A stretch of DNA of 64,000 nucleotides from Eledone cirrhosa (lineage: Eukaryota), in NCBI GenBank assembly GCA_964016885.1, contig OZ024741.1:304296001-304360000 (forward strand), in the 5' to 3' direction. A program made the translations under genes and the position numbers. This document shows, piece by piece, positions 40,321 to 53,589 of the stretch (its first letter is position 1; each line of letters begins with the position of its first letter). Under the pieces are notes generated by a model. That model ran no database searches and was not told the DNA's origin. It was given only the letters and a program-made list of their open reading frames with translations.

Positions 40321-41964
40321 TTCACAAGAAGAGGCACCACTGATGCCCTCTTCCTTGTGAGGCAGTTACAGGAAAAGTACCTAACTAAAAGTAAGCCACC
40401 CTACCTGGCATTCATCGATCTCGAGAAAGCCTTTGACAGAGTTCCACGTGCTGTAATTTGGTGGGCTCTTAGAAAACTAGGAGTAGATGAATGGCTTGTG
40501 AAAGCTGTACAAGCCACGTATAGGGGAGCAGTCAGCAAAGTTAGGATTAGCAATGAGTATAGCGAGGAATTTAGCGTACAGGTTGGTGTCCACCAGGGCT
40601 CTGTTCTTAGCCCTCTCCTGTTCATCATAGTCCTGCAGGCAATAACGGAAGAGTTTAAGACCGGATGCCCGTGGGAACTCCTGTATGCTGATGACCTCGC
40701 ACTTATAGCTGAATCTATGGTATAACTAGAGAAGAAATTCCAAACTTGGAAGCAGGGACTAGAAAGAAAGGCTCTCAAAGTCAACATGACAAAAACTAAG
40801 GCCCTTGTAAGTAGACGAGAAAACAGAACCCAGATCCCCTCAGGGAAATGGCCTTGCTCAGTATCTAGGAAAGGTGTAGGTAGGAACTCCATTGTCTGCC
40901 CCAAATGCAAACAATGGGTACACAAGAGATGTAGCGGGATCTCAGGAAGCTTAATTAAGAATGTAGGCTTCACATGTAGCAGCTGTGCTGGGACAGCAAG
41001 CAGCAAAGAGCCACAGGAAACAAGAGCCACAGGAAACAAGTACCACCAATCTCTGAGAGGGCTCTGTAGAAACAGTAGACAGCTTCTGCTACCTAGGTGA
41101 CCGAATTAGCAGTGGAGGTGGGTGTTCAGAAAGTACAATAACTAGGGTAAGAACGGGATGGAAGAAGTTCAAGGAACTACTGCCACTGCTAGCTGCAAAA
41201 GGCTTCTCCCTCAAAATGAAAGGCAGACTATATGATGCGTGTATCCGAACAGCAATGTTACATGGTAGTGAGACCTGGGAGCTGAAGGTGGAAGACTTAC
41301 GTAGATTAGAAAGAAACGAAGCCTGCATGCTCCGATGGATGTGTAATAGTAATATACGCGAACGACAAAGCATAAATGAATTGAGAGAGAGACTGAGCAT
41401 AAGAGGAATCAAATGCTGTGTGCAGGAGAGACGGTTGCGTTGGTATGGACATGTGATGCGTATGAAGGATGACAGCTGCATAAAAAGGTGCAGAGCACTA
41501 GAAGTCAATGGAAACCGCGGAGTGGGGAGACCCAAGAAGACCGGGAATGTGGTGATAAAAGCCGACCTTACCCAATTACACCTCTCAAAGGCGATGACAC
41601 ACGACCGTGACCTCTAGCATCATGCAGTAATACAGAGTACCCGACCTCCAATGGGTACAAGCTGAAGCATATAGACAATATGCCCCACACCCTCCCACTG
41701 CAAGGTGGTCGTGGAGGTGCCATGACAAAAAAGCACCCAGCCAACACTGTAAAGTGGACGTGTAGGCGCCACGAAAAAAAGCACCCACCACTCACTGTAA
41801 ATGAGGTTGGTGTTAGGAAGGGCATCCAGCTGTAGAAATCAAGCCAAAATCAGTTCCTGTATGAGCAAGGCATGGTCAGCCGACCAGACACTGCCCACAA
41901 CAGGACAACCCGTCTAACCCATGCTAGCATGGAAGAACGGACGTAAAATGATGATGATGATGAT
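40321..41964 (+). mobile_element. RTE LINE family A, 1.6 kb, disrupted
   Basis: RT motifs RGTTDALF, FIDLEKAFDRV, GVHQGSVLSPLLF, LLYADD; stop/frameshift at about 40720 and a 17-bp duplication at about 41005-41040; (GAT)n tail. Confidence 0.95.
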
Positions 41965-42569
41965 ATATGTGTATGCAAATATGTATAGCTTGACACAAAA
42001 ATATGTATGTGTGTGTGAGGTGTGAGTGTGTGGCTTTATATAAAAAAACATTGTATGTGTGTGTGAGTGCCTTCACACAAAATATGTGTGTATGTATGTG
42101 GATGTGTTTTCATACAAAAAAATGCCTGTGTGTGTGTGTGTCTTCATGCAGACAACATAGGTGTTAGACATATCTGTTAGGGGACAGGTAGGCTGTATAA
42201 AATCTATAAATATGGATTTCTAATATAATAGCTACTACACAGACACACACAAGAACAACAGAAGATTTTAAATAGCCCAGTAAATAGACACCCAGTTCAA
42301 CCTACAAGATGGTTGTGTTGGTGCCACAATAAAATCCTACCAGACTACACTGTAAAGTGATGGTGTTTGGAACAGCCTCTAGCCATAGAAAGAAATCTTA
42401 ATGTGAGCAAAAAGCATGGTCATCTGACCTGTCTAGTAATATTTGCCTCCAAAGCGGAAATATCTGAGCAACTTATTTACGTAGAATTTGAAGTTGGTGA
42501 AAATTGGCAAAATATTGACATTAAACACAACCCATCATACATGTTTTTATATAGCTGATTGGTTCCACA

Positions 42570-42794
42570 ATGCAGTCGGGATGTGAGGACTACTTGAAAG
42601 CTCAATATGCAATAAAGTTTTGTATCAAGCTTGGCAAAAACACTGCAGAAACCTATGAAATGGTCAAAACTGCTTACAGACTAACTTTTATGAGCCAGGC
42701 AACTGTTTTCCGCTTGCACAAGAGGTTCCAGGAGGGCAGCGAGAGACTAATCAACACATTAAGTTTAGATGGCGCAGTTTTGAAATACTCATGA
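42570..42794 (+). pseudogene. Mariner transposase N-terminal HTH remnant
   Basis: QYAIKFCIKLGKNTAETYEMVKTAY...MSQATVFRLHKRFQEG matches the Mos1-type paired-like domain. Confidence 0.85.
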
Positions 42795-43713
42795 GTAGAG
42801 AATATATTTATGAAGTTTTACTATTTTGATATTTGAAACGTTTTAAGTGTTATTTAGAGTATACTTTTTGTTTCACAACTCCATTACATAATGATTTTTT
42901 TACCATTTCATCTGTTTAATAAAGTTTCAACAAGTTTCTTGAATTTTTGTTTGCTTCCAGCCACACACATACTATTGAGTACTTTGCTTCTTTTTTTTTT
43001 AGCAGTAAACAATAGTGCCATATCCCGAATGCAACAGATTTTTATTTAAAATACACACCAAATGAAATGAGTGCCCCCTTGAAAACCATTTAATATATTA
43101 AAATTTTAGGTAGATTTTTACAATTACACCAATCTCACACCAACACGCTCCCCACCACCACTCAATTAACTAAAAACAAATAAATTCTGACCATTTTGAA
43201 GGCCATATTCATTCAAAACACGTAAAAAAAACTCACTTCCAAAAGTGAAATCCGTGTACTATTCCTTTAATGTAAGTCTACCCTCATTTTATTGTCACAT
43301 ATTTCTCAGCTTATATACAAGTATATATGCTCATTGAAACACAATGTATGTCATTAAAAATATGGTAACACAAGGAATAGTTAGGAGCAGTTGATTTCAA
43401 CATTGCATCTTAATATAAACTATTGCTTTTTTTGCCTTAAATTGTAGATTATAACAACTAATATAATTTCTAAACAAATGAATTCTTGTAGCAACCATAA
43501 ACTTAAAAAATAAATTATTTACGTATTTTTAGCTTATGAACAAATATCCTGGCTGATTGTAATACCTCGGTTTCAAATAAGCATGGTTGCAGTGCTACTT
43601 TCTGATTGCTGGTAAAGATGTAATCCCTGCCTGAATATGCAAAGTGGTAAACAGATTAAGGTATCATAAGTCCACAATAGACACAGCAACATATGCTGAT
43701 CCATAGAATAGTT

Positions 43714-43920
43714 TTAACCCTTTTAGCATTTACATTACTCTATATATACTATTGTATTTTCCTGGTAAAGGCTTTATCTCACATAATTATCTCTCTATGG
43801 GATATTGATGTTATTTATTTTGAGGAAATTACCTTAACATCAGTATGAGTGGCCAGTTTGAACAGAAAAAGGTGAGAGAATTATGACCGGATATGGCTAG
43901 TTTAAATACTAAAGGGTTAA
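43714..43920 (-). mobile_element. piggyBac-like MITE family 1, both ends intact
   Basis: TTAACCCTTTTAGCATTTA ... TAAATACTAAAGGGTTAA. Confidence 0.8.
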
Positions 43921-46900
43921 AGTGGCCAAAGTTTGACTTGACCCTTTGTAAGAGATCAGGTTGGAGGACCGCGTTACACACATACAGGACTGATTTGGGC
44001 TTGGTTTCTACAGCTGGATGCCCTCCTAACACCAACCACATTTACAGTGTGTGCTGGGCACCTTTTGTCATGTCACTAACATGACCACATTACAGTGTGG
44101 ACTGAGCGCTTTTGTCTTGACACATACATGACCACTTTATAGTGAAGATTGGGCACTTTTGTTGCGGCTCCAGAAGGCCCACTTCATGGTATGGGATGGG
44201 AATTTGGGTGGGTGGGGAAGAAGCTTGGGGAAATTGCGGACAAGGTATAGGGGAGGGAGGGAGGGTTAATCTAATTTTGCTTCTCTGAAATACACCACTG
44301 CAACTTGATGTGGCCTGTTCCCATAAATTCAGCATATTTAACGTTATAGCACTCTAGATTATCTTTGAAAGTTTTTGTCATGCTTGTTTGAGCAAACCTG
44401 CTTCCCAACACTCCAAAGAATAGCTGCTTTGGGATCACTTTGTGCTGATGATATGACATAGTAACAGCATATACATTCACACATCTAATTGCTGATTATG
44501 CTGACATCACTATAGTCATCATTTTGGTTTCTCCAAAATGACTTGAATAAGTCTTGGCACTATTTCAAATTTAGAGGAGAAAACTTTAGCATTCAACATG
44601 TACATAGTTGAGCTCACCTTTTCTAATAAATCAAGTTGATTTTTTTACAAATTACAAATTCAATCGCATTTTCTTCATAAATAAAGGATATTTTAACTTA
44701 CAAATCAGTTATTATTCTCCACAGAACTCCTCATCTCTCTGTGAGGTATGCTCTAACGAATGTGAAAATTCAGCACTTGTCTTAAAAACCTTCATCTTTC
44801 CTTTCCACACTCTACAAAATCTCATGTGTTTATGACACTGAATTTATATTAATGTAACACTTGACAACAGAACTAGAAAACTCTACCTTTTAGAATAACT
44901 TGCAAATAACATCATTTCTTTCACTATCGCTTTTCTCTCTACTAGTAGTTTTCTCTCTATGTAATTTTTCATACAAGTTTGCCACTATAATTTTCCTGTC
45001 TTAATCTTTTAGTGACCGTATTTCTAATGAAATACACTTTATTTCAATTAAGAGGGATTTACAAAGATTATTTTATTAATAAGATAGTAACTTAACTTAT
45101 AAAATTATGCTGGAAGATTTAAATTTAAATAAGAACCCTTTAAAATGGGTGGTTTATCTGAGAGAGAATGAGAGCCAGTTTTGAACAGGTTAGTATTAAG
45201 AGGGTTAAATTTCTGAACATTGTTCTGTATTAATACAAAGTTCAACACTGCTTATATTTATTTCATTATTAACAAAAAGTTCTTCCTCGCTAAATTCTTA
45301 GAGTAACAAAAAAAAAAGATTTTTCAACCACTTTTGCACTTGACTGCCATTTCTAACACAGCAACATTGGAGTTAACATTTTACAACATAAAATGCTGCA
45401 TTAAAGCATATACATACAACATTTTTCAATAAGCTAGTGGCGCCTCTTTAAATTAACTGACATAAACATTTTTTTTATAAAACCTAACCAATAAAGTTCC
45501 AATGGAAATTGACATGAAACTTGTGTAGTAAAGTGGTTTGTGTGTATGGACCCATAACTCCTGACAGAGTTGTAGGTGCACTATATTAACATACAGCGTT
45601 TCTAAAGCATATTTAAACTTGGCGGAGCCCATCTCCTCTCCAGGTCTGAATACAACAGATTTCTTCCAGAGAAGGAAAGAGAGTGATAGAAAGGAAGTGA
45701 GAAAAGAGATGTTTCCAATGATGAGTGCTCCAGTTGATTCAATCAATGGAACTTCCCGATCACTAAATTAACAAGTAGCTGAGCATTCCAGACACGTGCA
45801 CCTTAATGCAGTCCTCGGGTAGACAATGTGTGACAAAGCTGACCCCTTGAATTAGAAGTACAACACATTTTTGCCAGATGAGTCAATTTGAGCAACATGA
45901 TGCAAAGTCCCTTACTCAAAGACATAACATGCTGCCTAGTCTGGGAATTGAACTCCTGACCTTATGATCACGAGTCAAATAACCTAATCACTAAGCCATA
46001 CGCCTTCACAAATAAACAATACACAAACATAAAAATTGGATGTGTTCCAAATGTCTGAATATAAAAATAGAAAAAGTTTGAATGAAATAATTCAAACAGG
46101 ATGCAAGTTTTATTAATTTATGAAAGGTATAACGGATAGTATCATCTTACTGAAACAAAGGATGGTGGATTGGCAAAACTTTTAGAGCATCGGACAAATG
46201 TGTAGCAGCATTTGTTTCAGCTCTTTACTTTCTGAATTAAAATCCTGCCGAGGTCAACTTTGCCTTTCATTCTTTTGGGGGTCAATAAAATAAAGAACCA
46301 GTCAAGTACTGGGGTCATTTTAATTGACTTTCTCCTCTTCCTGAAAATTACTGACCAGGTGTCTAAAGTAGAAATCCTTATTTTATTAAGACAAGGGCAG
46401 TGGATTGACAGTATTGGTAGAGCATGGGACAAAATGCTTTATAATATTTATTCCAACTCTATATTCTGTAAAAAAAAATCTCATAAAATCTTATTTATCG
46501 AGATGCTTTGAGGATTTCAAATTTGAAATGCTGTAATCCAAATGCAGGAATCACTATAGATAACAGTAGCTGTAGAAAATCAGGTAAATTACATTGAGCC
46601 AACAATTGCTATGGAGAATCAAGAGACTAGGAGTTTGATTGTGCATAGTTGCAACCAGAGCCACATTTACCCTGCATCTTGCTTACATATATTCCTGCAC
46701 TCTATTGAGTCCTCAGATGTATTGGGAAAGGAGGGGAGGGTGCAGCATCTCGCTTACAATCGTACCTGTACATTTATCATGGCAGCAGCACTAGGAATGT
46801 TGTCATGTCGTTGACACAACTGAAGAGTCCTTCTAACCCTTTGTTTAGCAAGTTTTCTACAGCTCGATTCCCTTCCTATTAGCAAACACTTTACAGCGTC

Positions 46901-47164
46901 GTAGGTTCACTGTAAACTAGGTAATTAATTACACCACAGTCAATACAACACCTGTAATTTCATCACCTGATAATTTCCCAGCAAGGTAATTACATCGCAA
47001 GACAATCGCGTTATTAAATTCATTGTCAAGTTTGTTTTTTTTGGTTGTTTTGGGGGGGGTGGAGGGTGGAGGGGGTACTATTACTTAGAAATGAAGAAAA
47101 GGACTTCTATTATTTAATCCTTTCCTTTCCTTAATATCTTAATGCTTATGGACATTTTCCTTGA

Positions 47165-47452
47165 TACTAAAGTCTGTCTGTCTCAAGCCAGGAGGTTCGT
47201 CAGGCTGGTGCTTATCCCAGTTTCAAAACGTGAAGCATCTGTGAGTACAAGACTTACCCTGGACAGGACACCAGTCCATTACAGGGTTAAATCCCTACCC
47301 AGCTATTGCTGGTACTCATTTTCAGCTGAGTATATTGGAGCAACATGAAATAATGTATTTTGACCAAGAACATGACACTCAACCCAGGAATCAAACCCAT
47401 GACATTATGATCCTAAGTCCAACACCCTTACCACTAGGCCACATGCCTTCCT
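47165..47452 (-). mobile_element. Old CORE-SINE with a fourth tail type
   Basis: Head GGAAGGCATGTGGCCTAGTGGTAAG, degenerate CORE, tail ATGGACTGGTGTCCTGTCCAGGG. Confidence 0.65.
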
Positions 47453-48039
47453 TTATGCTGAAGTAGAACAAATTATGTCTACATACTTCATTTGGGAATT
47501 TAAAAAACAGATATATGGATTAGAGGCCCAGAACGTCACTTAACCCTTTTGATAAGAAACTGCCTGAAAAACAGCCATGGTTCTACATTACTAGACTGGT
47601 TATTTCAAAGTGTTTTTTTATTTATCTAGAAACCTTGCATCATAACTTTATGCAAAGAAATATCTAATCAAAGCAAAGAAGTCAAATTTTTTTGCTTTGA
47701 TTAGATACTTTGTAATTGTTTTACCAATCAAAGCATCTAATCCAATGATCTGGAAATTTCTTTAGAAAACTTGAAAAAAGAACCATCAAGAAATGAAGTG
47801 TATTGTTGACGCAGAAATTCCACATCGAAAGAAAATAGGCAAAAATAATGCAGCAAGAATTCAGCACATTGTCAATGAATATTAAAATGCTGAAATACTG
47901 GAGGTATGGTTCATTAATTTGTCTTTTTAGAATGTTTCTTCCTGTCTCCAATTTAAAATATTGTTATATTTTAACTTTCCTTTTTGTGATTCTATTTATA
48001 AGAGTAACTTTGTTTTGTTTTTGTTTTTAATATTAATAT

Positions 48040-48235
48040 AAACCGGCAAGAGACCCAGGAGTAGACCCCGAGAAAGATGGTTGAATAACATCCATGAGCT
48101 TGGCTAGTCCCACTTGGAGATCTAGCCGGATCAGTTGGAGATGGTTACTTCTGACAGGACCGACTGGAAAGAGTGATTGAGGACTCGGCCCTTCAAACCA
48201 TCTCAGGAATAAGTGGGCAAAGAAGAAGAAGAAAA
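48040..48235 (+). mobile_element. RTE family C 3' end with a (GAA)n tail
   Basis: TGKRPRSRPRERWLNNI...DRTDWK with stops; tail GAAGAAGAAG. Confidence 0.7.
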
Positions 48236-49169
48236 TATTGAGGAAATTTAATTTTTTCTTCTTTTTCCAGTCTTTCAGTTTCTTTTTTCAGTGTTAATGA
48301 AATGTGACAGATTTACATTGCAAATAAAAATGTTAAATAATGTTTAACAATTTATTTACTCTGTGGATAAAAAAACATGACAATACGTTTATTAGTATAA
48401 TTACATTGCACTGAAATTATTAGGTAATGTGTTTACATTTGTATAATTACCTGCAATGAATTTACAGTAGACACCCAAGTGATGTATGTAATACAGTATT
48501 TAATTTCATACCCCCTTGACATTCTAAGTTCTGATCCTATCAAGGTTAGCCTCAATTTTGTTTCTACTGCATCCATTAAAATCCAAAATTTATCCCGAGT
48601 TTATTCAATCCACTACTTATTTTTAAATTGGACATATACTCTGTGAATCAAACTTGTGTTTAGTTGTACTCACAGGTCCCAAATAATAGGGGGATTGGAA
48701 AATCGATAATTGTTCTAAGTTGTCTCCATAATTTTTTTTAAAAACCAGAATTAGTCATTTAGTTTACATATTGAGACCACAATCCATCCTATTTATTTTA
48801 TAACGTATGGGATTTCTAATAGTATAATTTTTTTGTCATGTATGTTTTTTAAAGTATAAAGAAAATTACCACTTAAAATAAAATTTTGCCTGAGATAGAT
48901 TGGCAAACATTTAATAAGCAGGGGTTCAGGGCATTATTCAAGAGTAGGTCATAGATCAAACTCCTAACCACCCACTCACCTTACCATCATTACTATATTT
49001 CTAATGAAAGACACTGCCAATGATTTTCAATTTATTTTAATAAAAAATTTCTCATTTTTGCTAGTGATGATCCTGCAAGTGCACAAATGAAGGAAGCTTT
49101 GGAGTAACAAGGCTCATCACTTAGCTATAATAAATGTATATTTAAATTCTACTTTGGTATTTTATTACT

Positions 49170-50162
49170 CCCACACTTGAGAATACCTTTCCGACGGTCG
49201 GCTTATTTTTCAATCAGTAAGTGTCATTTACTAATCTTTTGGCTAACAATCCTAAGACATTCCCACTTACCCCAGTTGCTTTAATATTTTTTTGCAATAC
49301 TTCCTGAGACATAATCACTTACCCCTGCTGCACACATTATTATTGGTGTTAGTACCAAGCCATATGCCCCATTACGTACATAGATAGAAATACAGGATCT
49401 TTTTAGAAAGCCCTTGCCAAAAAATACCCCCACACCTATGTTAAAAATCATATACGCTGGATTTAAGCGGTAATTTCTATCTATCTTGGTACATAAGCGA
49501 GGAAAGCCAGCCCTGGTTACCAATTACAGTTGAGATTACCATTCCGACGATCGGCTTATTTTTCAATCAGTAAGTGTCAGTTACTAATTTTTTGATAACA
49601 TATCCTGAGACATTTCCACTAACCCCAGTAGATAGAAATAGTGGATCTTTTTAGAAGACCCCCGCCAAAATATCCCCACACCTATGATAAAATCACGTAC
49701 GCTAACGTTAAGCGGAAAAATTTGTATTTTCTTTACCAATTACCAACTAGGAATAAATTTGTCACAGGCAACTATACGTTGGCTGTTCAAGAGTGGGAAG
49801 CAAGATCTCTTTGCACATGCCCAGCACGGAAGAACAAGGAACATTGTGTACAAGGAGGTGCTACAATCATTGTTTAGGTAGACGAGGCAGAAGGGGATAT
49901 ACATGATTGACTGAAGAAGGTTGAAACTGTGTTAGTAGTATGACCAACGGCCGCTATCACACCAACAGCAGCAAAAACAACAACAAAAAAGAGAGGGAAT
50001 GCTTTTGAAAAATCTTCATGGAAAATTATTTGCCTAAGCACAAAATATAGGCACCATCCCCAGGCCGAGGTATTCCGTACTTCTCTGTACTGTTTCAGAA
50101 AGGAGGGATAAACATGGCAATCTATGTTGAGAAACCCAAGCATCGCCAGGCCATTCTGCTAG
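49170..50162 (+). mobile_element. Helitron derivative (3' part); 5' limit uncertain
   Basis: Helicase C-terminal motifs HRQLYVGCSRVG (about 49773) and TRNIVYKEVL; internal duplication with a period of about 350 bp (49189/49542); degenerate hairpin then CTGCTAG|T. Confidence 0.8.
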
Positions 50163-50275
50163 TATATATATATATATATATATAACAAAGAAAGTGTGGT
50201 AAAGAACCAGGTGGACCATAACCACATATATACATATATATATACATATATATACATATACATATATACATATAT

Positions 50276-50613
50276 GGAGGCACATGGCTTAGTGGTTAGA
50301 GCATTGGCCTTGCAATCGAAAGGTTGTGAGTTCAATTCTCAGACCGGGTGATGTGTTGTTTCCTTGAGCAAGACACTTTATTTCACATTGCTCCAGTTTA
50401 CTCAGCTGTAGAAATGAGTTGATAGGACTGGGGTCCATATCATTCAACTGCAACGTGGTCGTGGAGGTGCCACGGCAAAGAAGCACCCAGCACTCACTGT
50501 AAATGAGGTTGGTGTTAGGAAGGGCATCCAGCTGTAGAAATCAAGCCAGAATCAGTTCCCGTCCCCCCCGCCTTGCAAGCAGGGAAAAAGCGGACGTAAA
50601 ATGAAATGATGAT
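50276..50613 (+). mobile_element. Full-length tRNA/CORE-SINE with an RTE-A tail
   Basis: A box, B box, CORE; tail matches the RTE-A 3' UTR; ends in ATGATGAT. Confidence 0.93.
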
Positions 50614-50929
50614 ATACATATATATATACACATATATATACACATATATATACACATATATATATATATACATATATACACATATATATACACATATATA
50701 TACACATATATATACACATATATATATACACATCTATATATACACATATATATATACACATCTATATATACACATATATATACATATATACACATCTATA
50801 TATACACATATACACATATATATACATATATACATATATATACATATATATATATACATATATATATATACATATATATATATACATACATATATATATA
50901 TACATATATATATATACATATACATATAC

Positions 50930-50976
<47 letters not shown>

Positions 50977-51035
50977 CATATACATATATATATATACATA
51001 TATATATATACATATACATATACATATATATATAC

Positions 51036-51067
<32 letters not shown>

Positions 51068-51183
51068 ATATACATATATATATATACATATATATACATA
51101 TATATATATACATATATATATATATACATATATACATATATATATACATATATATATATACATATATATACATATATATATAC

Positions 51184-51220
<37 letters not shown>

Positions 51221-51772
51221 ACATATATATATACATATATATATACATATATATATACATATATATATACATATATATATACATATATATATACATATAT
51301 ATATACATATATATATACATATATATATATATACATATATATATACATATATATATATACATATATATACATATATATATACATATATATATATACATAT
51401 ATATATACATATATATATACATATATATATACATATATATATATACATATATATATACATATATATATACATATATATATATACATATATACATATATAT
51501 ATACATATATATACATATATATATACACATATATATATATATACATATATATATACATATATATATACATATATATATACATATATATATACATATATAT
51601 ACATATATATATACACATATATATATATATACATATATATATACATATATATATATACATATATATATATACATATATATATACATATATATATATACAT
51701 ATATATACATATATATATATACATATATATACATATATATATACATATATATATACACATATATATATATAT

Positions 51773-52933
51773 ACATGACAAAGACTAAGGTCCTTGTAAG
51801 TAGACGAGAAAACAGAACCCAGATCCCCTCAGGGAAATGGCCTTGCTCAGTATGTAGGAAAGGTGTAGGTAGGAACTCCATTCTCTGCCCCAAATGCAAA
51901 CAATGGGTACACAAGAGATGTAGCGGGATCTCAGGAAGCTTAATTAAGAATGTAGGATTCACATGCAGCAGCTGTGCTGAAACAGCAAGCAAACAGCCAC
52001 AGGAAACAAGTACCACCAATCTCTGGGAGGGCCCTGTAGAAACAGTAGACAGCTTCTGCTACCTAGGTGATCGAATTAGCAACGGAGGTGGGTGCTCAGA
52101 AAGTACAATAACTAGGGTAAGAACGGGATGGAAGAAGTTTAGGGAACTACTACCACTGCTAGCTGCAAAAGGCTTCTCCCTCAGAATGAAAGGCAGACTG
52201 TATGATGCGTGTATCCGAACAGCGATGTTGCATGGTAGTGAGACCTGGGCGCTGAAGGTGGAAGACTTACGTAGATTAGAGAGAAACGAAGCCTGCATGC
52301 TCCGATGGATGTGTAACAGTAATATACGTGAACGACAAAGCATAAAGGAATTGAGAGAGAGACTGAGCATAAGAGGAATCAAATGCTGCGTGCAGGAGAG
52401 GCGGTTACGCTGGTATGGACATGTGATGCGTATGAAGGATGACAGCTGCATAAAAAGGTGCAGAGCACTAGAAGTTGATGGAAACCGCGGAGTGGGGAGA
52501 CCCAAGATGACTTGGGATGAGGTGATAAAAGCCGACCTTACCCAACTACACCTCTCAAAGTCAATGACACACGACCGTGACTTCTGGCGTCACGCAGTAA
52601 TACAGGGTACCCGACCTCCCATGGGTACATGCTGAAGCATATAAACAATATGCCCCCCCCCCCCCCACCGCAAGGTGGCCGTGGAGGTGCCACGGCAAAA
52701 AAGCACCCAGCCCACACTGTAAAGTGGACGTGTAGGCGCCACGAAAAAGCACCCAGCACTCACTGTAAATGAGGTTGGTGTTAGGAAGGGCATCCAGCTG
52801 TAGAAATCAAGCCAGATCAGTTCCTGTATGAGCAAGTCATGGTCAGCCGACCAGACACTGCCCACAACAGGACAACCCGTCTAACCCATGCTAGCGTGGA
52901 AGAACGGACGTAAAACGGTGATGATGATGATGA
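51773..52933 (+). mobile_element. RTE LINE family A, young 5'-truncated copy
   Basis: Uninterrupted frame 51775-52635, 3' UTR, (GAT)n tail; flanked by TA arrays. Confidence 0.96.
51775..52635 (+). CDS. RTE ORF2 C-terminal part: end of RT, PHD-type finger, C-terminal domain (truncated, probably not expressed)
   Basis: KTKVL...CSVC-x10-CPKC-x4-H-x2-C-x14-CSSC...[12 protein letters not shown]...RRLRWYGHV. Confidence 0.85.
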   Translation: MTKTKVLVSRRENRTQIPSGKWPCSVCRKGVGRNSILCPKCKQWVHKRCSGISGSLIKNVGFTCSSCAETASKQPQETSTTNLWEGPVETVDSFCYLGDRISNGGGCSESTITRVRTGWKKFRELLPLLAAKGFSLRMKGRLYDACIRTAMLHGSETWALKVEDLRRLERNEACMLRWMCNSNIRERQSIKELRERLSIRGIKCCVQERRLRWYGHVMRMKDDSCIKRCRALEVDGNRGVGRPKMTWDEVIKADLTQLHLSKSMTHDRDFWRHAVIQGTRPPMGTC

Positions 52934-53589
52934 CATATATATATATATATATATATATTCATACATATATATATATTCATATATATATATATATTCATAC
53001 ATATATATATATATTCATACATATATATATATATTCATACATATATATATTCATACATATATATATTCATATCTATATATATATTCATACATATATATAT
53101 ATATTCATACATATATATATATATTCATACATATATATATATATTCATACATATATATATATATTCATACATATATATATTCATATCTATATATATATTC
53201 ATATCTATATATATATTGATACATATATACATATATTGATACATATATACATATATTCATACATATATACATATATACATATATTCATACATATATTCAT
53301 ACATATATATACATACATATATACATATATTCATACATATATACATATATTCATACATATATATATACATATATACATATATACATACATACATATATAC
53401 ATACATACATATATACATACATATATACATATATTCATACATATATACATATATTCATACATATATACATATATTCATATATTCATACATATATACATAC
53501 ATATATACATATATACATATATTCATACATACATACATATATTCATACATATATACATACATATATACATACATATATACATATATTCA

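Noticed and set aside
40401-41535. Antisense ORFs over the RTE copies (also 7815-8261, 36286-36786, 52059-52505)
   Set aside because: Shadow frames of ORF2; recurrence reflects copy identity
46908-48470. Possible CACTG (EnSpm) element ends
   Set aside because: Terminal similarity too short and degenerate; no TSD established
50276-50348. tRNA gene
   Set aside because: A/B boxes continue into CORE and a LINE tail, and there is no proper acceptor stem, so this is a SINE head
52665-52800. Repeat-spacer-like modules suggesting a CRISPR array
   Set aside because: Eukaryotic LINE 3' UTR with degenerate units and no cas genes
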